DNA of 64,000 bases. Origin: Ureaplasma sp. (GTDB taxonomy: Bacteria > Bacillota_I > Bacilli_A > Mycoplasmatales > Mycoplasmoidaceae). Shown here in pieces: positions 20,767-35,783 of the stretch (position 1 is the first letter of the stretch; each line of letters begins with the position of its first letter). The position numbers were made by a program, and so were the translations under genes. The notes below the pieces were generated by a model. That model worked only from the letters and a program-made list of their open reading frames with translations. It was not told the origin of the DNA and ran no database searches. The DNA lies in contig JBNMHK010000001.1 of NCBI GenBank assembly GCA_050872725.1, positions 44,850 through 108,849 on the forward strand, written 5' to 3'.

Positions 20767-22164
20767 ATGAAAATAACAAATGTTGACCAACAAAAAAATG
20801 CTGTTATTTTTACAGTAGAAGTAGACAAAAATCTTTGACAAAAAAGTTTTAAAAAAGTAATGACAGATGCAGCTAAAAACATTAGAATTGAAGGTTTTAG
20901 ACCTGGGAAAACTCCACTTAATCTGGTTGAAAAAAGAATTAATCGTGGTGATGTGTATCAAAAAGCTGCTAATAACACAATTAATGAAGTATTAATTAAC
21001 GTGGAAGAAAGTCCAGAATTCAAAAGTGATAAATATGAATTGCTAGACCGGCCAAGTGTTGACATTAAAAATGTTAATGATGATGAATTAACATTGTTAT
21101 TTAGCTATGATATCATGCCAAAAGTTACTATTAAAGATTATAGTAAGCTTAAATTGAATTGGGATAAACATAAAGTTGTTGAAGATAAAGATGTTGATAA
21201 CGAAGCAAATGCATGATTACAAAGTAGTAAAAAACTTTTAGATGTAACAGATAGAAGTTTAGCAAAAGATGATATTGCAATCATTGATTTTGTTGGTTCA
21301 ATTGATGGTGTGGAATTTTTAGGTGGAAAAGGTGAAAATTTTAGTTTAAAAATTGGTTCTAAGCAATTCATTGATAATTTTGAAGACCAATTAATTGGAA
21401 TGAACATTAATGATAGTAAAACTATCACTGTTAAATTCCCTAAAGATTATCATGCTAAAGAGTATGCAAATAAAAAGGCTGATTTTAAAGTAGACTTAAA
21501 AGCAATTAAGAAAGAAAATGACATCAAATTAGATGATGATTTTGTTAAATCATTGAATTTAGATGATGTAAAAACTGTTAAAGAATTTAAAGATTACATC
21601 AAAAAACATTTACAAGAAAGAAATAATAGTATTCTAAAAACTGACATTCAAAAAGATTTGTTAATGAAACTAATTGAATTAGTTGAATTAGATTACATTC
21701 CTAAAAGTTTGTTAATTGATGAAAAAAGAAGAATTGAACAAATCTTCATGAATCGGTTAAAAGAACAAAAAACAAATTTCAACAAATATTTGAAAGATAA
21801 CAATCTTAAAGTTGAAGATGTTAACAATGTTATTGAACAAGATGCAATTAACTCTATTAAATATGCATTAGCAATTGAAAAAATTGCTGATGATAATAAG
21901 TTAAATATCACTGATGAAGATTACAAGGAATATGCTAGTAAATTAGCTAAGTTGTATAATTTGACACTAGAAGATGTGTTAGATAAAATGAAAGCTAACG
22001 AGGAATGAATCAGGGAAGATTTGTTAAATGATAGAGTAATTGATCATATCATTGCTGTTAATGTAAAAAATTTACCTGCTAAATCTGTTAAGAAAGATAA
22101 AGAAGTAAAAGAAGAAAAACCAAAAACTACAAAAGCAAAGTCTACAACTAAAACTACAAAATAA
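20767..22164 (+). CDS. tig: Trigger factor
   Basis: IEGFRPGKTP ribosome-binding motif and FKBP domain (IGSKQFIDNFEDQLIG); joined through TGA. Confidence 0.95.
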
Positions 22165-22170
22165 AATACA

Positions 22171-22200
22171 TAAACTAACCATTTTTAAAGGTTAGTTTTA
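22171..22200 (+). terminator. Intrinsic terminator after tig
   Basis: AAACTAACC...GGTTAGTTT hairpin plus T-run. Confidence 0.6.
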
Positions 22201-22217
22201 TTTTTTAATTTGATTTA

Positions 22218-22244
22218 TTAGCAATCTAATAATATGAGTGCTAA
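22218..22244. promoter_or_regulatory. CIRCE upstream of lon
   Basis: TTAGCAATC-N9-GAGTGCTAA. Confidence 0.9.
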
Positions 22245-22301
22245 AAGATTATATTTTATGTTAGGATATAGATAACATTTTTAGTAAAGGGGTGTAATAA
22301 A

Positions 22302-24701
22302 TTGAGTAAACAACCACTACCAATTATTGCTACTAGAGGGCTTGTAGTATTACCTAAAACTGATCTTGCTATTGAAATCGGTAGGGAAAAATCAATTCAG
22401 GCTCTAGAATTAGCTATTGCTAATAAATCACAAGTTATTGTTGTTACACAAATGAATCCTGATTTAGATGATCCTAAATCAAAAGATCTTAGCACTGTTG
22501 GAACATTAGCTAAAATTAAAAAAGCTAAGAAAAATGAGAATGACAATGATTATTCAATTGTTGTAACAGGTTTGAAACCTGTCATCTTACAATTACCAAG
22601 TGGTGATGAAGAGCTACCTTTAACATGTGATTATAAAGAATTAGAAGAAAAAATTGAATTTGAAGAAGATTATTTAGCTGATCTACAAACATTAATTATT
22701 CAAGCAATTGAAAAAAATATTCCTTTTAATGACAAATATTTTAATGTTGCTCAAAAAATTCCTTCATCAGAAGAAGTAAAACCAGATGAATATTTGGCAT
22801 TGCTAAATAATTTATTAATGGCATTTAATTATGATGATTTTCAAACATTGCTAGATGCCTTAATTGGAAAAGATACAAAAACAAAACAAGAAGTTTTTAC
22901 AGATGCATTATTAAGAAAGATGCCTGATGAAAAAGCGCAATCTAATGTTGATAATTTAATTAATAAGAAAATCAATGAAAGCTTGTCTAAACAACAAAAA
23001 GAATTCTATTTAAGAGAACGTTTAAAAGCCATCAAAGAAGAATTGAAAATGATTTCTTCACGTGATGAAGAAATTGATGCTATCAAAACAAGATTAAATA
23101 AAGAACCGTTTCCTGAGCATATTAAACAAAAAATTCTTCATGAAATCAATAAATATGAACAAGCAAATCCTAATGAAACTTCAATTATCAAGTCATACAT
23201 TGATTGACTAATGTCTATTCCATGATGACAAGAAAGTCAAGATAATGAAGATTTAGTTAGTGTTTCTAACACTTTAAATAAGAATCACTATGGAATTGAT
23301 AAAGTTAAGGAAAGAATTATTGAATACTTAGCTGTTAAAATCCAAAATAAAAATGCCAAAGGACCAATTATTTGTTTAGTTGGACCTCCAGGGGTTGGTA
23401 AGACATCTCTAGCAAAATCGATTGCTGAAGCACTACATAAGGTATACGTTAAAGTGTCTTTAGGTGGTGTAAAAGATGAATCAGAAATTAGAGGACATAG
23501 AAAAACTTACTTAGGTGCAATGCCGGGTAGAATTATCAAAGGAATGAAAAAAGCCGGAGTAATGAACCCACTCTTCTTACTTGATGAAATTGATAAGATG
23601 GGTAGTGACTTTAAAGGCGATCCTTCAAGTGCATTGCTTGAAGTGTTAGACCCGGAACAAAACATGCACTTTAGTGATAACTATATTGAAGAGGAATATG
23701 ATTTATCAAAAGTAATGTTTGTAGCAACTGCTAACTACTATAATCAAATTCCTGAGGCATTAATTGATCGTTTAGAAGTAATTGAATTATCCAGCTATAC
23801 ACCTAATGAAAAACTAGAAATTGCTAAATCACACCTAATTAAAAAGGTTTTAGAAACTGTGAATATTTCTAGTGATGAATTAACATTTACTGATGAAGGC
23901 ATCAATCATATCATCAATTATTACACACGTGAGGCTGGTGTAAGAGAATTACAAAGAATGATTGAAAAAATTGTAAGAAAACATCTTGTTCAAAAACTCA
24001 ATGCTAAAGATAAAACTAAAATTAGTAAAGAAATTGTTGATCCTAAATTAGTAGAAAAATACTTAGGACAAAAGAGATTTGATGTAACTTTAAAAGATAA
24101 AGAAAGCATTCCAGGTGTTGTTAATGGTATGGCGTATACATCTGCTGGTGGTGACTTATTACCAATTGAAACAACTTTCTTTAAAGGTAAGGGTGATATC
24201 ATTATCACAGGTAATCTAGAACAAACGATGAGTGAATCTGCATCAGTTGCATTAGGCTTTGTTAAAGCGAATGCAGAAAGATTTGGAATTGATCCAGAAA
24301 TTTTTAAGTCTATTGATATCCACATTCATGTTCCAGCTGGTGGTATTCCAAAAGATGGACCAAGTGCAGGTGTAACATTAACATCATCAATTATTTCAGC
24401 ATTAAACCACATTCCAGTATCTACTAAAATTAGTATGACTGGTGAAATTACTTTGAGAGGTAAAGTTGGAATTATTGGGGGAGTTAAAGAAAAAGTAATT
24501 TCAGCGTTTAGAGCAGGAGTTAATGAAATTTTCATCCCAAGAGATGATGAGCGTTTCTTAGAAGATATTCCAAAAGAAATCTTGCAACAAATTACAATTC
24601 ACTTAGTTGATACATATGATGATATCTTTAATGTTATTTTTAAAGATATAAAACCATTTATCAAACAAGTAGAAGAAGCTAGGTCAAGTACAATAAACTA
24701 A
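22302..24701 (+). CDS. lon: ATP-dependent protease Lon
   Basis: GPPGVGKT, LLDEIDK, PKDGPSAG; joined through TGA; TTG start with RBS. Confidence 0.97.
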
Positions 24702-24704
24702 TAT

Positions 24705-24748
24705 TAAAAAACCAACTAGAGTTACTTAGAGTGTCTAGTTGGTTTTTT
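24705..24748. terminator. Bidirectional terminator after lon
   Basis: AAAAAACCAACTAGA...TCTAGTTGGTTTTTT inverted repeat. Confidence 0.75.
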
Positions 24749-24756
24749 ATGTTATT

Positions 24757-24933
24757 TTATTGTTTATTTGATTTACTACGATTACAATTTTTACACAACA
24801 TTTGAGTGTTTTCAACTTGGGTTTTCCCACCTTTAGAAAATGGTTTAATGTGATCAAACTCTACTTCATTAAAATTGATAAATTCCTTTTTACATAAACT
24901 ACACTTATGTTCATTGGTATTTCAAATTTTCAT
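24757..24933 (-). CDS. Stand-alone HNH endonuclease domain, 58 aa (possible remnant)
   Basis: MKIWNTNEHKCSLCKKEF...EFDHIKPFSKGGKTQVENTQMLCKNCNRSKSNKQ: CxxC, DH, N, CxxCN. Missed by the track. Confidence 0.75.
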
Positions 24934-25012
24934 GTAAATAAATGCGTTACAAATCAAATGTAAAAAAATAAAAAAACTAGCAATCATAAAGATTACTAGT
25001 TTAATTTTAAGA

Positions 25013-25092
25013 TGGGGCGACTAACGGGGCTCGAACCCGTGAAAATACCTGAGTCACAGTCAGGCGTGTTAACCAACTTCACCATAGCCGCC
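25013..25092 (-). tRNA. tRNA-His(GTG)
   Basis: G-1, loop CTGTGAC, CCCA end; downstream hairpin terminator at ~24971-25003. Confidence 0.95.
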
Positions 25093-25124
25093 AAATGTTA
25101 CTCTAAAATTATACTAAAATATTT

Positions 25125-26057
25125 TTATTTTTCAGAATGGTAAGAATTAATTATACGATTCTTAAAACTTACAATTGCAGGATTCAAAGCGCAAACCAAG
25201 GCTGTTAAAACAATGATATAAATTGGAGTTTTAAAACATTCTTTAATAACTCTTGGTAATAAGTAATACATGACACCATAATTAACCAAATTAGGTACAT
25301 AGTTTGTATTATTTAAAAATTTATAATATTCAATTGCTGAAATTGGTCCTAATAGAAATGAAAAAATTACTGTACTAGTTAAAGTGACAATTGTTATAAA
25401 TAAAAATGTTTCAAAACGAATAAAATCACCATTCATATCTTTTTTAAATTGGTAATATCTATAACCAACAATCATCTCAACGATCACAAATAATCCAAAT
25501 AGAATACCTAAAATAATTCATCGTAAATATAATTGGGTTGTTTTAATCATGTTAGATGTAGAATTTTCTACATTACTAATGGATTTGAAAAATGTATTAT
25601 TAGGATCAGTGTAATAAAACACAATAAAAATGCTACTAATAATAAAGCCTATCAACATGATTTGATTGATAATCAAGCAAATACTAAAATGTTTTTTGGT
25701 ATTTCTAATAATGTTAAATAAACTAGAAATTATTCCAACAATTAGCCCTAAGATTGGTTCTTGCAATGCATACATTCAAAATCACACACCACCAAAGATT
25801 AATCAATTGATAGTATCAATTAATGCACCCATCAATAATCCAACAATTGGACCAAAATATCAGCCAATGATAATTCCTGGTAATCAGGCAAATGAAATTG
25901 TAATGCCAGCTGTAATATTAATTTTGAAGAGATTAAGGAGAATACTTAATCCTAGTAGGGCTGCTAAAACACAAATGCCAGTAATAGATTTAAAAATCTT
26001 TACTGGTCAAAATGGAAATAAGAATTTGATAAACTTATTTGTTTTTTGGTGTTCCAT
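25125..26057 (-). CDS. ECF S-component, folate (FolT)-like, 310 aa
   Basis: Read-through gives ISFAWLPGIIIGWYFGPIVGLLMGALIDTI and C-terminal LLPRVIKE, typical of S-components. Confidence 0.7.
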
Positions 26058-26061
26058 TTAT

Positions 26062-27312
26062 TTAAATCATTCTAGTGCTAATGCCACCAAATGGTGAACG
26101 CCCAAAGTCAGTAGTATCTATTTCACCATTTCTAATTTGTTGAACATATTGATCTAATAATGCTTGAATTCTTTCAACGTCTTTTTTAGGATTAAAAATC
26201 ACAGCAGTTACAATACACACAACAATTAGACCTAGGGCTGCATATGTAATATATTGGAAAATTTTCCATAAATCAATCATTTTGATTGCTTCTAATGCAG
26301 CTGGTGTTCAATTACCATTGGTTCCACTATTTCAAGGTTTAAATACAGCGTCGAATGAGCCTAAACGATTGAACAAAAGAACTTGTGATTCATTAGCAGT
26401 TAAAGTAATGACTAAAAAGGAAAAAACAAAGAAGGACAATCAACCTCAAGGCATAAAAAATTTAGCATTATCATTCTTCATATTTCTAATGACAGAGACT
26501 GCCATCAATGCCAAAAATAAAACTGTCAAAATTAAAATGTAGGGAAATGGTGAAACAAAGCTAATCTCTGTGGCTGCAGTAGCATCTGATGTAGTTGATG
26601 GTTTGTAATACAATCTTGTTTGTGGCAACATCAAAACTGTATAACTGGCAATTGCCATTCCCATCAAAATAACAAATAATGCAAAAGTTAGCACTTTTAT
26701 AACTGGAATAATCATTGGTTTAGATTTATAAATAAAAACTTTACCCTTAGCAATGTTGCGTTGTAACAAAATTGAGGCTTGAGTAGCCACCAATTGGTCA
26801 GCAACATCATGCATTGTATAACCGCTACGCTCCAACACTTCTTCATCAGACATTCTATGAGAATTATTATTGTTAGTTGCTTCATTAATAGGAATAGTTT
26901 CAACTACATCATCATGCGGTTGAGATGAATTATCATTACTATTAGCTGCTTTAAAAGAATTTTCCAATTCTTCAACATTCATACCAATTTTATTAACTAA
27001 ATAAGTATTTAAATAATTAACTTTATCTTGCAAATCAATAGTATTTTTATATAAATTTACATCATCATCAAAGTTGATAGGTTGGTTGCAAATTGCATAG
27101 TAGGCTTCACTATACCTAGAAACATTGCTATTTGCAATCCCAAAATTGGTTTCAAAGTAATTGACAATACCAATACATTCAATAAAAATTTTTCTAAATA
27201 AATTATCAGTCTTTAACAAATTAATTGTAGGTTGAGCTAAAACGATGATATCTAAATATTTAATAGTTTGGTGATATAAATCGTTCTGAGCTGTAGTCAT
27301 TTTTTTACTCAT
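26062..27312 (-). CDS. Hypothetical membrane protein, 416 aa
   Basis: Two track ORFs in one frame via TGA; soluble N-terminus plus about four TM segments. Confidence 0.7.
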
Positions 27313-27328
27313 AATGATTACTAAACTC

Positions 27329-28246
27329 CTATCTAAATAATTTTAATAGAAAATATTTAAATGCTTGATTTTTATCAATTAGATTTCGTTTTATTTTGAT
27401 ATCTAATTCATATAAAGTATCAATCATTTTAATTATTTTTTTAATTGCTTGTTTTCTCAAAATATTATCAATATTTTTATAAACATAATAATTGATTTCT
27501 AATAAACTACAAATTTCATCGTATTGATAGTTATTTTGTTGTAATTGATAGACACAAATGATTTGATTTATTTGTAGTGCAATCATATGAATAATGTAAT
27601 TTAAATCAGGATCAGTTTTAAAAAATTTTTCATATATTAACATTGCACTATTTAAATCTTTTTGAAAACAATAAGATACTAGTTCAAAAATAGTAGCTTG
27701 TCTATAGTCGGAAACTAGCGATTTAATGGTGTCTAAATTAACATCATGATAATTAACAATTTTGTTAATTTCGTTTTCAATGATGCATGCATCATTTGGT
27801 AATTTATTAACTAATAGATCTAATTCATCACTATCTAAATACAAATTATGATTTATTAATAAATTTTGTAAATAACTATACTTGTTTTTATCTGTTAATT
27901 GCTTAACTTCATAATAATTAATTTGGTTTAAAAAAGATGTAACTTTACTAGCATTAGATGGTTTCTTATTTGTAATAATCACAATATTTTCAGGATTATT
28001 TTTAGTTTCATTTAACAACCCTTCATGATTATTAAAATCACTCAATGAACTAAAAATATCATTACTATAAAAAACATAGGCTTGAGGTAAGAGAAATAAA
28101 CTAGTTTGCAAGCTAGCAAAATAAAATTCGTTAAAGTTTGTTAGATCTTTAACAATTTTAATTTCATCAGGATTAAATGATTGCAAGATTTTTTTTAACT
28201 CGCTATCTACTAGTTTGGTGTCTTGGCCATAAATTACTGTTAGCAT
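27329..28246 (-). CDS. holA: DNA polymerase III delta subunit
   Basis: MLTVIYGQD start, QTSLF, IENEINK, IFELV, LYELDIKIKR patterns; about 305 aa. Confidence 0.85.
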   Translation of the reverse strand: MLTVIYGQDTKLVDSELKKILQSFNPDEIKIVKDLTNFNEFYFASLQTSLFLLPQAYVFYSNDIFSSLSDFNNHEGLLNETKNNPENIVIITNKKPSNASKVTSFLNQINYYEVKQLTDKNKYSYLQNLLINHNLYLDSDELDLLVNKLPNDACIIENEINKIVNYHDVNLDTIKSLVSDYRQATIFELVSYCFQKDLNSAMLIYEKFFKTDPDLNYIIHMIALQINQIICVYQLQQNNYQYDEICSLLEINYYVYKNIDNILRKQAIKKIIKMIDTLYELDIKIKRNLIDKNQAFKYFLLKLFR

Positions 28247-28323
28247 AAGTTAATTTTATTAAAAAAGTAGTTATTACCATTTCTAATAATAACTACTTTA
28301 TATATTATTTTAATAATTTAGAC

Positions 28324-30282
28324 TTATTTCTTTTTAGAAGAGCTTGCTTTCTTAGCAGGAGTTGATTTTTTAGAACTTGATGTAGTTTTTTTAGAAGAGC
28401 TTGCTTTTGTCGTTTTAGTTGTTGATGTTGAGATTAATTCTTCAACTGGATCAACTTCACTAGCAAATTCACCATAAATTACATTAAGTTCTTTTACAGT
28501 TAATTCATTTCTATTTAATGCTTTTTGTTCTCAACTCTTTAATATAGTTCTTCTTTCAATACCTAAGTTAGCTAAAATTTCTTGTTCTAGGCTATGACCT
28601 TTAATTTCAGCCATAACTTTAGCTCTTTCAATTTGTGCATTGTCTAAAGAACCATATTTTTTCTTATCTAATGCTTCTTCGATGTAAATTGGAGCAAGCA
28701 TTAGAGCTAAGAATAAGAATAGTACTACCACAACCATTAATCTTGGTACAAATATGGCTGTTACATATTCTGTTGACCAACCGTCTGTTGGTATTCTAAA
28801 TAAGAAGAATAGGTTTGCAATTGGTTCAAAGAAAGTGAAGAAGATAGCAATAGCATTGATAACGATTGTACAAATTGCCATTGGCATGAAGTAACTTGTT
28901 TTTTGAACTTTAACAAGACCTGTACTTCTATTTTTAACAGCCCCAGCAATTGCAAATGTAATAAATGCAAATGCTAGTAATGCGGTTCATGTAGCCATTA
29001 AATCAGCAAATGAATATAATTCAGCTACACCTGTACCATAATTTGGATAATTAGTTGCATTAACATAACCTAAACCACCAATTATACAGAAGATAACTAC
29101 AATTGGTAAGCTAATTACTAAATTGTACATAATTCCTACTCATGGAGTCTTAGGATTAATTTTTCCAGCAAATTTAGTACTAAATGGTACTTCATCAGCT
29201 AAAACTAAATCTTCCATGAAACGAGTAGATCAAAGTGCAAATCCATTAATGATTCCAAGCACACCAACCCCAATTAGGATTTGGAATGTTGCATACAATC
29301 ATTCTAACTGGTGCCCTTTTAATCAGTCTTCGAAACCAAATGGTTGACCATCTGTTGAACCTAAAGACATAGCAATAGCAATTAATAAGTAAATTACAGT
29401 AACAATAATTAAACCAAATAGAATTGCTAAAGGTGTTTTCTTAGGTTCTTTCATTTCTGATTGAATACCAGCTGTTACATAGAAACCATCATATGCAAAG
29501 AAGATAGCTGCCACTGCAATAAATAATCCAAATCCTGGAGTCATTGTAGCAAAGCTATAAGTAGTAGCAGCCATTGCTGCAGCACTAGTAGGTTCGGTAG
29601 GAGTTCCTGGGTCTGGAACTATAGGTTTAAAACCTCAATCAAACTTAGGTGGTAATTGGCCACCATTTTGAGCAAAAGCTGCAAAACCTATCCCAATTGC
29701 TAATACTAATGGAATAAATTTCACACAAGTAATTACTCAGTTTTGGATATTTCCAGCACGTGAAGAAACCCCACATACTACAATAAAGTACACTGACATT
29801 ACAATGGCAATAACCATCATAATAGCTCAGTCAGCACTTGTTCCAAATGTTGCATTTGTTAAAGCACTAACACCATCTTGAATACTCATCACAACGTATA
29901 ACGGCATGAAGAAGTATGTTAGTGGTAAGTAAATATAAACCATGAAGTTTTTACATGATTTATAGATAAGTTTTCCATTAAACGTTTGAGACCAACCGAT
30001 AATGGAAAGGTTATCATTTCTAGCACTTGCAATTTCAATCAAAGCTAGCCCCATTGCAATTACTGCAAAGGCTGCTAGAATTCATGCGAACATTGCAAGA
30101 ACAACAGAATAATTAGAGTATTTTAGAACATTGCCAGCTTTAAAGAAGATACCAGCACCAATACATGACCCCACAACGACCATCATGGCACTAAAGAAAC
30201 CAATTTTCTTCTTTAAAGGAGCGTTTGCTAGTCCTTCTGTTGCTTGTTTAGCTTGCTTTTGTAAAGCATTTTCGCTAGACAT
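28324..30282 (-). CDS. APC family amino acid permease (probable arginine/ornithine transporter), 652 aa
   Basis: VVVGSCIGAGIFFK and FFAYDGF motifs; fragments share one frame; downstream of arcABC. Confidence 0.85.
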
Positions 30283-30440
30283 AACATTCTCTCCCTATAA
30301 AATTAAGTTTTTTTAGATATGAAAGATAAAAGTCCTTCACATGACATATTATAAATAATTAACTTGTTTTGTAAAACAAAACAGACAAATATAAACCAAA
30401 TATTTGCCTGTTTTTTATTTTTTAAATAAATCTAATTATT

Positions 30441-32252
30441 TTATTTTGCATCAGTGTCTGAAGTTGAACCTAATGGTTTATGCATGATAATATCAATTTG
30501 ATTGATTTTTTCTTCCTCATATTTTGCAATTGAGCCATATTTTTTGATACCAATTTTATCTTCAATGATTGTTGGTAATGTTGCAAACGCTAGATAGAAG
30601 AGTAGCATTACTAAAGCCATAATTCTTGGAACCAATACTGAATCAACGTAACCATTAGTGTTGGTTGGTATTTTAGCTAAAAAGATTAAATTCACAAATG
30701 GTTCAATGATTGTAAAAATAATTGGGATAGAAATACAAATTGTAGCAATTAAAGACATTGGAATAAAAAATTTAAATTGATTAACTTTTACTTGATTAGT
30801 TTTTCTATTTTTTAAACCACCTATTAGTGCCAGGGTAATGAATAAGAAAATAAACAATGCACTTCAATTAGATACCATATCACAGAATGTATATAATTTA
30901 CCAACACCTGTACCATATGTATAATAAATTGCACCATCTGGTGAAACTAAACCTTGAACCGCACTATAAATTGGTGCCCCTTGTAGAGAGTCTAATTTGG
31001 AAAATAAAACACCATTACCCGCATCAGTTGTATTAATATAGAATGAACCAATAATGCTAAATAGTACAATTATAGGAATTGTAATTGCTAGACAATAAAT
31101 TGCACCAACAAATCTATTTCCTTTAGCTAAATATTTTGCTCCAGTTTTACTAAATGGTAGTTCGCCATCTCTAACAAGATCTTCTACAAATCTTGTTGCA
31201 AACATATTGTAACCATTGGTTACACCCATAATACCAATTCCAATAAAAATTTGGAAAACTGCAAATAATCAAATAATGTTTTTCTTTGCAAAGAAATGCA
31301 CTAACCCTTGTGGGTTACCAGCAGTTGAGCCTAATGACATACTAATTGCAATGATTAGATAGATAATTGTTGTTACAACCAAACCCATAACTATTGCCAT
31401 CGGTGCTTTATTTGGCTCTTTCATCTCAGTTTTTATCCCCGCTGCACCATAAAAACCATCATATGCATATAAAATTCCTGATGCTGCAATGAAGAATCCT
31501 AAACCAGGTAAAATCTTAAAAGTATAAAATTGTTCAGGACTCATTGCACTTGGATCTCATTGACTGAAACCAGGGGCAAATTGTGAACCTTCTGGTAGTC
31601 CATGACTCATACCAAAGATTACAAACCCAACAACTGCTGCTAAAGCTAAAGGAATAAACTTTACTGATGTAATTACTCAGTTTTGCGCATTACCAATTTT
31701 TATCGAATATCCACAAGTAAGTGTGAAATATAAAGAAATACAAATGGCAATGACCATAATGATAGTTCAATCTGCAGAAGTACCAAATCCTGAATATTGC
31801 ATTCCCTTACTAATATAAATTGCAGCAACTGCATCTTGCATTGACATTACCATGTATAGTGGTAAAAAGAATCCTTTAATTGGTGTGTATAGGTAAAACA
31901 TATAATTCTTACTAAATTTATAAATCAACCTATTATTAAACGTTTTACACCATCCAATCAAGGAAAGATTATCATTTCTAGCACTTACAATTTCAATTAA
32001 GGCTAAAGCCATGCACAGTGTTGCAAATGCAACAAAAATCCAACACACCATAGCTAAAATAATTGAATTTTGTGAACCAACTAAAACATTTTTAGCTTTA
32101 AAAAAAATTCCTGAACCAATACAACTACCAACAACAACAAGCATTGCTGAAAAAAATCCAATTTTCTTTTTTATAGGGGCATTGGCAAAATTAGAATCAT
32201 TTTGATTCATTATTTTAGTTTTACTAGTTTTTGCTTTGATTATTTTTTTCAT
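30441..32252 (-). CDS. APC family amino acid permease, paralog, 603 aa
   Basis: VVVGSCIGSGIFFK, LYAYDGF; four track ORFs in one frame. Confidence 0.85.
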
Positions 32253-32358
32253 ACTTAGACAAAATTTTATACATTATATAATAAAAATTTTATTTTAATT
32301 AAAAAGGTCCTGACCGATTCAAGACCTTTTAATTCCGATTATTATAATACTCTATTGA

Positions 32359-33285
32359 TTAAGCAATAATAGCAGTTCCGATTTCACCTTTTAATGCTTT
32401 TTCAATATCTTTTAAATCAGCAATGATTGCTTTTTTGCCGGGTTTGCCTTTAACAAAATTAATAGCAGCTTGAACTTTTGGTAGCATGCTTCCTGGAGCA
32501 AATTGATTTTCACTAATGTATTGTTCCATTTCAGCAACTGTAGCTGTTTCTAAACCTTTTTGATCAGGTTTACCTCAATTAACATAAACATGGTCAACAG
32601 CAGTTAAAATCACAAACACATCAGCATCTATTTTTTCAGCAATTTTTGCACATGTAAAGTCTTTATCAATAACACCATCTAAACCATAAACAGTGCCATC
32701 TTTATTAACTGTAGGAATGCCACCGCCACCGCCAACGATAGCAATTACACCACTGTCAATTGATGCCTTAATTGCATTTATACCAACAAAATCAATTGGT
32801 TTCGGACTTGGCACAACCACTCTATAACCACGTCCTGCATCTTCAACAATTGTTGAACCTGGATTGGCAGCTTCTGCTTCTTGTTGAGTAGCATAGAATG
32901 GACCAACTGGTTTAGTTGGTTTTTGGAATGCAGGATCATTTGCATCCACATAAGTTAATGTTTCAAAATATGCAACATCTTTCTTAATGTTTAATTTATT
33001 CAATTCAGTTTGAATTGCAGCCAACATATGATACCCAATGTAACCTTGACTCATTCCACCAGCTTCAGCAAATGGAACATGCGGTGTCTTAGGGTTTACT
33101 TTTTTAGCATCAGCAAAAGCATTGAAAATCATACCAACTTGTGGACCATTACCATGTCCAATTACTACAGTATGTCCGCTAGATGCCAATGATGCAACTT
33201 TTTCCGCTGGAACTTTAACTAATTCTTTTTGTTCAGCGGGACTATCACCTAGTGCATTACCACCTAATGCAATAACAATTTTCAT
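32359..33285 (-). CDS. arcC: Carbamate kinase
   Basis: ALGGNAL, HGNGPQVG, PTKPVGPFY, GGGGIP, VIDKD, GSMLPK. Confidence 0.97.
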
Positions 33286-33308
33286 ATATTTATTATCCTA
33301 AATTTAAA

Positions 33309-34334
33309 TTATTTTAATAATTCTTGAATAATTGCAGCAATTGAAGTTCAACGATTTCCTGCTTCAACAAATGATCAATTTCATTTTTTGTTGCTAAACA
33401 CTTCATCAGTTACTTCAATAGCTCCGCCTTTAACTTGTGGGTATTTACTTCCATATAATTCAGCAACTTTTTTACCATATTCAGTATTCATGTCATGGAA
33501 AGCAGGTAAACAGTGCATGAAAATTACATTTTCAGCAGCCATATTCATCATTTCTGCATCAACTTGGAAACTATGCATTTCTTCTAAACGTTGACCTCAA
33601 AGATCAAATGACTCACCTAATGATACTCAAACATCAGTTGCAATAACATTTGCATCTTTGGCAGCTTCTTTTTTAGATTCAGTAATAGTGAAGCTACCAC
33701 CATTTTGTTTGTGTAGTTTGTCACAGAATGCTCTAATTTCTGGGTTAATTTCTTTTTCATATGCTTTTGGACCATAGAACACTAAATCCATTCCAGCAAA
33801 TGCAGCAGCATACATTCATGAGTGCCCCATATTGTTTTTGTAATCACCACAGAAAACAACTTTTAAACCTTTAAAACATCCAAATGCTTCTTTAATAGTT
33901 TGAAGGTCAGCAATTGTTTGTGTTGGGTGTTCTTGATCAGATAAACCATTAATTAATGGAATACGACTATTAGCAGCATATGTATCGATTTTATCTTGAC
34001 CAAATGTTCTAAATAAACAAATGTCATACATTTCAGTAAAAACATTAGCTGTATCTGCAACTGATTCTTTTGTACCCATATTTGAACCTGTTGGACCATT
34101 ATAAAAGTTCATCATTCCTAAATAATGAGCTGCACGAGCTGTTGCATTAGCAGTACGTGTAGAATTTTTTTCAAAAATACTAACGATTGATTTACCTTTA
34201 CATGTGTTTGCACAAACACCATTTCTATCATTTTCTTTGATTTTGATTGATTGGTCAACAAGATACATAATTTCTTCAGTTGTGAAGTTCATTAATGTAT
34301 CAAAATGACGTGGACTTTTTAAGTTTCAAGACAT
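33309..34334 (-). CDS. arcB: Catabolic ornithine carbamoyltransferase
   Basis: STRT, HPTQ, DVWVSLG, FMHCLP; one frame via TGA. Confidence 0.92.
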
Positions 34335-34398
34335 TATTAAATTCCTCTAAAATTTTGAAAATAACAAATTAATTTTATATTAATTTTGTAAATGGAAA

Positions 34399-35613
<1,215 letters not shown>

Positions 35614-35783
35614 AACAGAAAAATCCCTTCAGATTTTAATCAGACATATTTTTAGTTTGGAGTAGTTAATGCTCCACATCCAAAATTATATTACTTTAAA
35701 ATAAAAAAGACATGAAAAAATACCTAGTTTTTCCTCAAGAAAAACCAGGTAAATTATCTATATATCTTATGACATTTTTAGGA

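Noticed and set aside
25533-26542. + strand ORFs 25533, 25666 and 26282
   Set aside because: Antisense to continuous membrane-protein genes on the minus strand.
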